NCBI RefSeq assembly: GCF_963921235.1
Contig: NC_086109.1
Location: 24,554,001-24,618,000, forward strand
DNA from: Mobula hypostoma
Taxonomy: Eukaryota
Reading direction: 5' to 3'
DNA: 64,000 bases
The first letter of the stretch is position 1, and the number at the start of each line of letters is the position of its first letter. A program made the position numbers and the translations under genes. Below the pieces are notes generated by a model. That model was given only the letters and a program-made list of their open reading frames with translations, did no database searches and was not told where the DNA came from. This document shows, one piece after another, positions 37,375 to 48,174 of the stretch.

Positions 37375-38167
37375 AAAGAAGACCTGTCAAACATCCAATG
37401 TGCAGGAAAAACAACTAGTCGTAGAAACTATAAAGTGAGCAACTAACATCATTCAAATCTGAAGTTCACGAGAGTGAGTCCACAGCCATGCGAAGCCAGT
37501 CACAGGAGATCCAGGAGCACGTTAGTTGCAGGCCACAGCCTCAGTTCACCACAGCGACAAGTACACCTCATGGAGCAGCGAGCTGAACTTGCCCATCTTT
37601 TGCCTCTGGCCGCGACACCCAATCTGGCCCGGCACTTAATTTGTCCGAATCTCGGGTTGTCCCTCGATCTTGGACCCAGGCCCTGCTGCTTTGATACACT
37701 TTCGGGCCTGGGCACTGTTGCCTCGATTCAGCACGAACCTGACCTTTCCAATTCGACCCGGCACTTAAATTGATCAAACCTCGGGCCTTTCTGCACTCTT
37801 GGGCCCAATCTGGGCTTCACCGCCTCGGTTCTGCCTCGCCTCACCTCAGATTGGCCACAACGAATCACCTCCAAGTCCATTCCAGCAATGGCCAAAGCTT
37901 GGCCCCTTCCCTGTTCTCGAGCCCAGGTCCTGCCACCTCAATTTGACCCGTACACATCACACTGCAACCGTCCTGCACCTTCGAGACTTCAGTTCACACT
38001 GCAAAAATGCAAGATCATACAGACGGTTGAAAAGCTCAGCTCCAAAAAGGAAGTTACAGGCTATTGATTGTGGTGACCATTGACTAGAAAAAGTGTGATT
38101 AATAAAGTAGTTAGCCATTATGTTTGCTGCCAGCAAGTAGTCGCTGTGCTTCACCAGTGCCATCTTA
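37375..38167 (-). mobile_element. Non-autonomous Rex1-like repeat, CpG-rich
   Basis: Ends gccatctta, the reverse complement of the taagatggc head seen at 35698. Confidence 0.4.
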
Positions 38168-39639
38168 AACTATGAGCACATAGAAAATATTCTGTGTCTA
38201 ATACCAGTTTCAGGACAATATAGTAGTGTTACATTTGCTCTCCAACAGGGCATTGAACTGATTAGAGGGCCAAAATTAAAACTGCGTTGATGGTTTATGT
38301 TCCAAAATTCAAATAAAGGAAGTATTGCCCCATCAGATAGTCAATATTCCATCTGTATTGATCCTTTACACATTAGCACTCTTGACAGCTTGCCTTCTGG
38401 CTTTGCTGTGTCCCCAGAGTATTCCCCTTCCTCAGGAACCCACCCAATCCAGTTTCAACCTGGATGAAAAGCTTAAATCTCTGGAGTAGGATTCAAATTC
38501 ACAAGCTTTTCACCTTAGCAGCATTGTCCATTGAGCCAAAACTTACCCAACATTCATTGTTATCATAAAATATTGGAAAATGTTGGTCTTTACTGAAAGA
38601 ATGAGGCTATGCTACTGTTGTCATGGGAGATAGGTGGGATGAACAGGAAATACTGTATGTCTTGCAAACCATTTACCAAATGCAGCACCAAATAAACGAA
38701 GGACAGTGGGATTGTGAGTCAGTTGCCCATTGGTACATTTGATGTAACTTTGGTCTTGAATGTGCAATGAGACACCAAGTCAATGCTTGCTGATGATTCT
38801 GATGGGTGTGTATTGTTGTAAAGCCCTTTACTCAGTGCACCTGAAGCTGCCAGCACCCAGCATCCACTTTTCAATTCCTTATTGTAGTGATGCATCCTTT
38901 TCTGGTGCTTTTTTTCTGTCATTTTAAAAATACAGAGTACACAGATGCTTGCACAAACTCAGCGTAAGCTCCTAGATCATAAGAATAGGAGCAGAATTAG
39001 GCCATTTACCCATCGAGTCTGCTCCACCATTCCATCATGGCTGATTTATTAACTCTCTCAACCCCAATCCCTCTGTCTTCTTCCCACGACTTGTGTCTCC
39101 TTTGTAACCTATCTTACAGAGTACTGCATCCATTGAGCAACATAATCAAACTGTGAGGCTGCTCTGGTCAGACTCTGAAGGAATTAGAATGGCTGTGCAC
39201 GAGACATTATTGGCAAATAACTCGGTGTTTACATTACCTTCCTATTTTGCCCCTTTTATTCCCCTCAACTTGCCGAACTTCCGACTGGAGCCTGACCACT
39301 GAAACTCCGTGGCACACCTAGATACATGTCATTATTTAGAATCTACACTTGTGTAATTGAAAACAAAAGCTCTGGACAATAACTGGAGGGATTATTATCT
39401 GGGCCAGCACTCCTTTTCCTAACTAGATGTTCTAAGGGGAAAGGTGGAATCTCCTTAATGCTGAGATCACTGTAGGTGGGACAGTATAACTCAACCACTC
39501 ACTTTTTGATGCACACCCAAAATCACTTTAAAATATTCAGTGCCTAACATAATTCTTTATTCTCTTTGGTTTTCAATTTACATTTATAAATAAATTTTTA
39601 TTTTTATTTTTATTGTGCTTCCCGTTTTGTTGTACCATG

Positions 39640-39970
39640 GGCACCACAGTAGCTTGCAGTTGGTGCAATTGTTTTACTGTGCCAGAGATGTACGAACAGG
39701 GTTCGATTTCTGCCATTGTCTGTGATGAATTTGTATACGAGTTTCCTCTGGGTGCGCCGATTTCCTCCCACATCCAAACACACACGAGTTAGGGTTAGTG
39801 AGTTTCCGGCTTGCAATGTTGGTACCAGAAGGGTGGAAACACTTGCAAGCTGTCCCCGGCACAGTTCTCTGATGGTTGGTCATTGACACAAAACAATGTA
39901 TTCCACTGTATGTTTCAACGTTTCAATGTACATTCGACAAATAAAGCTAATCTCTTTTAATCTTTGTCTT
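39640..39970 (+). mobile_element. V-SINE with a Rex1-like tail
   Basis: B box gggttcgatt, V core gtttcctctgggtgcgccgatttcctcccacatccaaa, tail cactgtatgtttc...gacaaataaag. Confidence 0.7.
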
Positions 39971-40221
39971 TCTTTTGATACATTATTGACTCATCCACAC
40001 TGAGTTTGAAAATAAGGTTTACCCGACCATCTCTAACTCTTCAAGACACAGGGGATGGCAGGTACTGGAACGTGGAGCAACACAAAACTTGCTGGAGGAA
40101 CTCAGCAAGCTGAGCAGCATCAGTGGGAAGAAAGAACTTGTTTCAGGTTGAAATTCTATGTCAGGACTGAGGCTGTCTGGCCATCTCTAGCCCTTCAATT
40201 CCTGGACCTCTTGGTCATTAA

Positions 40222-40420
40222 CACACAAAAAATTGTGGAGGGACTCTGCAGGTCAGGCAGCATCTATGAAAAAGAGTAAACAGTTGACATTTTGGGCCGA
40301 GACCCTTCATCGGGACGCCGACTGTTTACTCTTTTCCATTGATGCTGCCTGGGCTGCTGAATTACTCCAGCATTTTGTGTGTGTTGCTTTGGATTTCCAG
40401 CATCTGCAGGTTTCCTCGCG
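40222..40420. mobile_element. ~200-bp Penelope-derived fold-back centred on a hammerhead remnant
   Basis: Inverted arms; degenerate 14-bp TSD ctcttggtcattaa (40208-40221) / ctcatggatattaa (40421-40434), 11/14 identical. Confidence 0.7.
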
Positions 40421-40572
40421 CTCATGGATATTAAACTCACTTTGTTGCATCTGCCCTAAGCATCAAATAATTGAAAAGCACAAGAGGTTTTGCAGGTGCT
40501 GGAAATCCAGAGTAAACACACACAAAGTGCTAGAGGAACTCAGCAGGTCAGGCAGCATCCATGGATAGGAAT

Positions 40573-40799
40573 TGAAGCACCTTCAATAATTCCAAAAGAC
40601 TGAAGTAGGGTAAATACTGAAAGGCTTTTATTCGCTGTACAATATGACCTCCATGCTGAGTGTCTGCCCCTGGAGTGAGGGAGAGGGGCAAGGCGAAATC
40701 ACCTTTATTCAGGATCTGTGGGAGGAGCCACAGGGGCAGTCAGCAGAGGGGCGTGTCCAGACAGTAAACCCAGTTACAACATATATATGGTTTACCACA
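40573..40799 (-). mobile_element. Solo LTR (227 bp), LTR retrotransposon superfamily undetermined
   Basis: TG...CA termini, perfect 5-bp TSD GGAAT (40568-40572 and 40800-40804), AATAAA signals on the minus strand. Confidence 0.85.
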
Positions 40800-40845
40800 G
40801 GAATAAAGAGTTATTTTGGGCTAAGACCGTTCACGCCAGCATGCT

Positions 40846-40881
40846 GGTCCTGATGAAGGATCTTGGCCTGAAATGTTGACT
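40846..40881 (+). ncRNA. Hammerhead ribozyme motif with intact core
   Basis: GGUC CUGAUGA AGGAUCUUGGCCU GAA AUGU U GACU; stems rely on G-U pairs and the triplet is GUU. Confidence 0.55.
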
Positions 40882-41464
40882 CTTTATTCCTTTCTATTGA
40901 TGCTGCCTGACCTGCTGAGTTCCTCCAGCATCTTGGTGAGTGTTATGATCAACTAACTGATATTTCACAACTTACCTTACACTAACCTGGGTGTTTGTTG
41001 ATCTTTCCCTTTGCCTCAGCATAACAGAAAGTTCCAGAAATAAACTAAACTTGAATAGCATTTAACTTCCCTAAAACAGAACAAGTGCTGGGCTTCTAAT
41101 TACACCAGTTGGACAATGGCTCTATTCATTGGGATCTGTTGAAAATAAACATAATGGTGGTGATTTCCAGTCGTCCTGCAGACTCGAGATGTCGGAATGC
41201 TTCATGGGTTCCAGCTGTTGCAGAATTTTTAAGAACTGCTTCAGAGAAGTTCAATCTCATAGGTACAGCTGGCCATTTTAATGAGTGATTACTTCAATTT
41301 GGCTAATCCTGATGCCTCTCTGTAGCACTGCTACCTCCATTTTCAATTGCAAATTACAGTGCACATCTTCGGCATGGCTTCTGCCACTCAGCCATTTGGA
41401 GAGCGCGAGGAAGTAGCCAGTGGAATACAGCGGCAGCGTCAACCTTTGCTCAACGGTAAACGGA

Positions 41465-41670
41465 AGATGATTCCGCAGACGCTGGAAATCCGGGGCAACG
41501 CACGCAAAGTGCTGGAGGAACTCAGCAGGTCAGACAGCATCTATGGAAAGGGATAAACAGCCAATGTTTCAGACCAAGCTCTGATGAGAGGTCTCGGCCC
41601 GAAATGCCGACTGTTTATTCATTTTCATGGATGCTGCCTGACCTGCTGTGTTCTGCCAGCATTTTGTGCT
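41465..41670. mobile_element. ~200-bp Penelope-derived fold-back centred on a hammerhead motif
   Basis: Inverted arms; ctgatgagaggtctcggcccgaaatgccgact at 41581-41612, with the cleavage triplet mutated to GCC. Confidence 0.7.
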
Positions 41671-41679
41671 TGCTTGTTT

Positions 41680-41955
41680 GTTTATTTATTTACTTATTGT
41701 TTAGAGAGACAGCACAGAACAGGTCCTTCCAGCCCACTGTGCCTCGCTGCCCAGCAAACCACTGATTTAACCCTTGACTAACCACAGGACAATTTACAAT
41801 TTACTAACTTGTACATCTTTGGGCTGTGGGAGGAAACTGGAACCTCCAGAGGACACCCCCACACACAAATTTTCTTACAGAGGATGTTAGAGTTGAACTC
41901 TGAACTCCAACACTCAGAGCTGTAATAATGTTGCGCTAACCACGGTGCTACTGTT
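41680..41955 (-). mobile_element. V-SINE (HE1-like)
   Basis: Reverse-complement V core tctttgggctgtgggaggaaactgga and (TTTA)n tail. Confidence 0.7.
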
Positions 41956-42529
41956 TGTGCAACCGTGATTTGAACCAGACTAGCCAAATTTAGGAATGAC
42001 TATCAAACTGAAGCAACATATTACTAATGCATAGGGAACCAAGAACTTGGCAACATTATTGTCCTCTTCTCATCCCACCCCCATCACCATCTGGATCTGT
42101 ACGACTTCAGGAGATTTGTCATCGCTTGTAGGGTTGGTGGATGAATCGGAAGTCCAGGAATCAAGGCCTGTTGGCCAGTATCGAGTCTACAAATCTCTGC
42201 AAGTCTTCAGGAGAGGTCAAAGCCTGGTATCTGCAAGCACAGGTACATACCTGTTGGAGCTGGAGGCCTGTCTTGTGGTTAAAGTACTGTGTGCGTGTGT
42301 GCATGGGAGGGAGGAATGGCGTTTGTTTTTGCTTCTGTTGTTTGTTGTGATCTGATGAGCATTGTTGGCACTGGAATGTGTGGTGACACTTGCAGGTTCG
42401 CCACAGCACATCCTCGGATGTGTACATTATTAATATAAACAATGCTTTTCACTGTGACAAATAAAACTTGAATTTCCTGAACACATTTGACAAAAACTCT
42501 ATCCGTTCTTGTCCTTTTACAGTATGGGA

Positions 42530-43950
42530 GTTCCTGTCAATAAGTGGAAAGTTAAAGTCATCTACTATCACAACCTTATGTTTCTTGCAACAGTCTGAAA
42601 TCTCTACAAATTTGTTCCTCTAAATCCCACGGGGAGTTGGGTGGTCTATAATATAGACCCATTAATGTGCTCCTATCTATCTCAATTCCACCCATAATGC
42701 CTCACTTGACAAGTTCTCCAATCTGTCCTGACCGAGCACTGCCATGTCATTTTCCCTGACTAGCAACGTCACCCCTCCCAGTTTAATTCTTCCCGCTCTA
42801 TCACGTCTAAAACAGCAGAACCCCACAAATTTGAGCTGCCAGTCCTGCCCCTCCTGCAAGGAAGTCTCACTAATGTCTGCAATATCATAATTCCATATGT
42901 TGATCCATGTCCTGAGCTCATTTGCATTTCTTGCAATACTCCTTGCATTGAAATATACACAGCTCAGAACATTAGTCCCACCATGCTCAAACTTTTGATT
43001 CCTGACTTTGTCTGAGGTCTTAACACCGTCTGTCTCCATGACCTCTCCACTATCTGTTCTGGCACTCTGGTTCTTATCCCCCTCAAACTCTTGTTTAAAC
43101 CCCCTCCCCACACCGTGCCATACTAGCAAAGCCTTCCACCTCCAGTTTAGGTGCAAACTCTCTCTTCTGTACAAGTACTAACTTCCTTGGAATAGAGTCA
43201 ATGATCCCTCCTACACCAGCTTCTTAACCACATGTTAAACTGTACGATCTTCCTATGTCTGGCCTCACTAGCACATGGCATGGGTAGCAATCCTGAGATC
43301 ACATGCCTGGAGGGGTTAACTTTAACTTAACTTCTAACTTCTAACTTTGCAGAACCTCGTCCCTCTTCCTACCTATGTCATTGGTACTGATATGGACCAT
43401 GACTTCTGGCTGCTCACCCTACAGCTAAGGACTCAATCCAAGATGTCCCGGATCCTGGCACCTGGTAGGCAACATACCATCTAAGAATCTTGATCTCATC
43501 CACAGAACCGCCTTTCTTTTCTCCTATCACCAGCACAAATCTTGTCACTCCTTCCCTTCTGAGCCGAGAGCCAGACACCTGACTGCTGTGACTTTCCTCT
43601 GCTAGGTCATCCACCCCAGCAGTATCCAAAGTGGTACGCCTGTTGTTGAGAGGGATGGTCCCAGGGGTACTCTGCACTGGCTGTTTAATCCCTTTCACGC
43701 TCCTGTCACCCAGTTTCTTGTGTGCTGCACCTTGGGTGTAATGTAACCATCTCTCTGTATGTCCTCTCTATTACCCCCTCAGCCTTCCGAATGATCTGAA
43801 GCTCATCCTGTTCCAGCTCCAACTCTTTAACATGGAATGTTAGAATCTTCAGCTGGATGAACTTCTTGCAGGTAAAGTAGTCAGAGACACTAGAGATGTC
43901 CCTGCCTTCTCACATCCCACAAGGTAATCTTTCAATTATTCTGCCTGATA
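42530..43950 (-). mobile_element. CR1 LINE 5' region: ORF1 (zinc finger, esterase-like) and start of the ORF2 APE endonuclease, decayed
   Basis: ORF 42677-43174 reads CVYFNARSI...ISETSL...FRRDR...GGVTLLVRE. Manual translation gives VHISTNDIGRKRDEVLQ near 43350-43400 and a CGM...FTCKK remnant near 43860-43925. Confidence 0.8.
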
Positions 43951-44614
43951 TTCCTACTACTCTAACTGGGCAATTATGAAGAAGGAAACAATAAATAAAC
44001 TGAAAGAAAAAAATGATCTACAGTTTTTTTTGCCTTCTCTCACCCAAGCCTCTCCTTTCTGAAGACTTGAAGAGCTAAAGCCTCAAACGTCCACTCTAAT
44101 GCTGTCCACACCAACAATGGCAACAATGTCTCTTCAGTTATCATTCACTTTATTCAGGTGCCACTGCATTCAAAGCTTGAGAGGGGTAAATTTATTAAAT
44201 CTTCTACTTTGGGCTCGAAAGTTCAGACTAAAGGCATTTATCATGATGACAAGGCTCTAATATCAGGTAATGCACAATTTTTTTCTCTGCTAAAATGGGG
44301 ATGTGCCTTTTCACAGAAGCATGTCAAGCCATGTTGAGTTTTGCAGATATATCACGTTTATTTGTTTGATCAATGAATAAGGAAGGTGATAAGCCTTGGG
44401 GGAAATAAATGAAAATAGATTTTAGTCTTATTCCTCATTTATAATGAAAAACAGAGTTTGGAAAATAGCAAATATAAATTATCCTTGTGTTGTGTAAAGG
44501 GTTTGAAATGTTCTACACTTACAGGTCTTTGATTTGTCTTGAGTTCCTATTTGCAGCTGGCCAGATATCCTGGGAATGTGGGTGTTAATACTACGGGAAA
44601 TATAGAGTCTTACA

Positions 44615-45880
44615 GTCATAGAAAAGTACAGCACAGAAACAGGATCTTTGGCCCATCTAGTCGGTGCTGAACCATTTAAGCTGCTTGCTCGCATTGGCCT
44701 GCACAGGGACCATAGCCCTCCATACCTCTGCCATTCATGTACCTACCCAAGCTTCTCCTACATTTTCATTTTAAAATCTTTTTATTAATTATTATTAAAA
44801 ATTGACAACAAAAAATACGTCCAAATAATCAAGTCAATATATCAATATGTATGAGTCAAACTATCAACCAAGCTAATCAGTATATCAATAATAATAATTT
44901 AAAAAATGTTAAAGCTATTTTTCTGAAAAAAAGAAAGAAGGAAAAAAGAACCCCTACTAACTAAAACAAAAAAAAACAGCTAACAAACAAACAAAAATGA
45001 GGGAAAAACCCATTTGGAGCACAAACCCGGAGCTATACGCCATACAAGCTTCTATAAAAAAAGACATCAATCCGCCAGCCAAATCCATTTACCCAAGAAT
45101 CAGAAGGGAACCATCTTAATTAACTCAAATCAAATGATAGTAGCAGGCAAAAGAGCCCCGCCCTTTCTCAAAGTCAAATCAAGGATCAGAAGTTCAACTT
45201 CTGATTTTTTCCAAACTAAGACATAGCATCACCTGAAAGAACCATTGTATCAAAGTGGGAGCAGAAGCATCTTTCCATTTTAATAAAATAGCCCTCCTAG
45301 CCAATAATGTAACAAATGCAATTATATATTGGTCTGATATAGAAATACCATGAATATATTGAGGAATTATACCAAACAAAACTGTCAATTTATTAGGTTG
45401 TAAATTAATTTTTAAAGCTTTAGAAATTGTAGAAAAAATAGATTTCCAAAACTGTTTCGGTACAGAACACGACCAAAACATATGTGTCAATGTAGCTATC
45501 TCAGTTTTACATCTATCACACTGACTATTAACATTAGGAAATATTTTAGACAGTCTCTCCTTTATCAAATAATAACAATGTACAATTTTAAATTGAATCA
45601 AAGAATGACTGTCGCACAGCTTCTCTTACATGTTGAAATGGAGTTTGCAAACACCACTTGCACTGGCTACTTGTTCCACACTTTCATGACCCTCTGAGTG
45701 AAGAAGTTTCCCCCTCAATTTCCCCTTAAACTTTTCACATTTCACCCTTAACCTCTGGTTGTAGTGTCACCCAACCTCAGTGGATCCTGCTTGCATTTAC
45801 CCGATCTACACCCCTTGTAATTTTGAATACCTATATCAAATCTTCATTCAATCCTCTACGTTCCAAGGAACAAAGTCCTC
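44615..45880 (-). mobile_element. CR1 3' fragment interrupted by L1
   Basis: CR1 3' UTR at 44615-44763 continues at 45618-45880; homologous to 7930-8330. Confidence 0.7.
44764..45617 (-). mobile_element. L1-clade LINE, 5'-truncated (ORF2 CCHC C-terminus and 3' UTR)
   Basis: ORF 45194-45601 (IQFKIVH...CDRCK...LTHMFWSC...FW...LARRAILLKWK). 14-bp TSD agcttctcctacat / agcttctcttacat (44750-44763, 45618-45631). Confidence 0.85.
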
Positions 45881-47829
45881 AACTAAATAAATTTTCTTAC
45901 CATTAAAAATAATCTAAGTGTACAGGACATTTGTGATAGTCAGATTGGGCAGCAGGGGCTCATTGGACTGGAAGGTTTTGTTATTGTGCTCTATCACTAA
46001 AATAATTTTTTTTTGTCTTCAGTAGCCAATAGTACCACCAAAGGCCAAGTCAAGTGCAGCTGACAAATCTGAGGACTCCACTTCCCTCACACTGATTAAT
46101 GAGTATATTAAATGCTCTGATTCTGGCCTGGGCCCAGGTCAGATCAAAGCAATGAAAATATGTGATCCTGGGCCAGTTCACTATTCCTTACTCAACAGAC
46201 ATACATAATGCAAAAAAAGGAAGATTACTGTCCAAGTGTTATTTTTATATAAACAGTGGTTCATTAAAGAAGTTTAACAACTTGGATAGTTCAACCTTGA
46301 GGGCAAAATACCAGTCAGCCCATTTTAATCAAAGGCATGCGTTTTGAAATCTTACCTTCAGTCCCCACCCACTCCATATTTCACCAACCTCCACCTCACT
46401 CCCACACATACTGTGTTTCAGAAACCTACTGTATGGTCCCCTGAGGGTATTGGTCAAGATTAGTTGTATTAAGCTAAATTTCAGATCTATTCATTGTCAA
46501 ATTTTTTCTCTTCTGGTGGAACATTATTTGCTAAAACAAATATTTCATTCAAGCAAAATTCTTGCATCTGTAATTTTCAAACCTATGGTTTATTCTTGTT
46601 GAGCTATTGCATGCTGAAGGTCAGTGGACACATTTCATTTTTGAAATGTTTTGGAACCAACAAAAAGACATATTTATCATTTGATTCATCCATCAAGGAG
46701 ATTGGCTGGAAGAGAACGGCAGCTTTTCAAACCCGAGGAGACTGATATCATTTTGCTCCTTTCTTTTCTTTGATTGAATTGATCACACAACACCTCATCT
46801 GAGTTGTGCACGCAAGCTAAGATGGGGTGCTGGATATCTGGTGATTTGGTAGTGGATGATGTTACCTTTAAGGTTGGTGCAGTCAGCACTCTTATGTCAG
46901 GCATGAACGATGATGATAATTAGAAGAGCATTTTCCCTCCTATGTTCAAGGATATAAAGGTTATTAAGCAGTACTACTGTCGCCTAATGCAACGTAGACA
47001 TGTGATCAAACATGGGATCTTCCTGCCCTGCTTAGAAGAATCAGACAGTGCATCTGACTGCTGAGCCAAAAAAAAAATTCAGAAACTGGTAATCTATTTG
47101 CACACGCAACTTTTAAATTACTTTAATTTACCTTTTCTCATATGTGGTGTCGAAAATGGATAAAAATGCAAAGGTTGGTGTAGCAGCAACAGTACGCTAT
47201 TTGAATCTGTGCTTACGAGCTACAGTAAGTAAGCAATCCTTGTCATATATTGTATCCATAACTTTAATCTCCAGCATCTTGAATACTACAAAATACTTGT
47301 CAGATCAGATAAATACATTTACGCTCAACTAGCCAGCGATACCTATCTGATGGAGGCTGGTATGGAAGCTGGGCTGTCAACAACTAGATTAAAAGAATGC
47401 TCTTTAATGTGATTCTTCATGCTAGGTGATGAACAACACAGTTTTTAGGTACTGACAAGTAATGGGCCTCTTGTTATTACAAAAGCATTACTGAGGAGCC
47501 GTAATACATGCCTTGAACTGTACACAGGCTGCTTTACACTTGCATGCTGTGCTGATCTTTTCCACTTATGGCATCAAAAGACAAACACTTGGAGTGTCAG
47601 TCTGAATACTCACAGCAATCTCTTTTGATTTATGATCTCATTGGTACCAGCATTTATTGGAAAATAGTGGAGAAGCTTCTGTTTTATAATTGAGAGATCA
47701 GTTTTCTGAGTTAATCGTGTAGGCATAACAATTTATTTATTTAATTTAGTGGTACAACATGGTAACAGACCTTTCTGGTCCAACAAGACCATACGCCCAA
47801 TTACCCCCACGTGACCAATTAACCATCAG

Positions 47830-48166
47830 CAACGTTCCCTCTAAGGTATGCACTTGTGTGTGCGCACACATCTTTTGCGACTAGCATGCAAAGGAATTTA
47901 AACTTCAATACAAAAAAGGTTGTCACCCTCTATCTGGCATGTTAAGTATATTCCACGATTGTACACAATCACACTTCTTTTGATGCGGGTGGTTTTGACA
48001 AGGTGGAGTTTGCAATGATTTGTCAGCAGATTTTAGGACTGGCTTATTTATACTGTTTTTATTAAAGAAATTATTCAGTGGGCACATGTTGTTGTCACTG
48101 AGCAAAAAAACTGCACAGCGCAAGATTTTTGCGCACACAGGTCATTACAAATTAGAGGGAACATTG
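47830..48166. mobile_element. hAT-type MITE (337 bp)
   Basis: TIRs caacgttccctctaa / ttagagggaacattg; degenerate 8-bp TSD accatcag / cccaccag. Confidence 0.7.
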
Positions 48167-48174
48167 CCCACCAG

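Larger units (their letters stand above)
40478..40945. mobile_element. Penelope-derived fold-back interrupted by a solo LTR
   Basis: Inverted arms meeting at the palindrome ccagcatgctgg (40837-40848). Confidence 0.7.

Noticed and set aside
37440..38000. CpG-enriched segment as a promoter CpG island
   Set aside because: It lies within a probable non-autonomous repeat whose head motif recurs at 35698.
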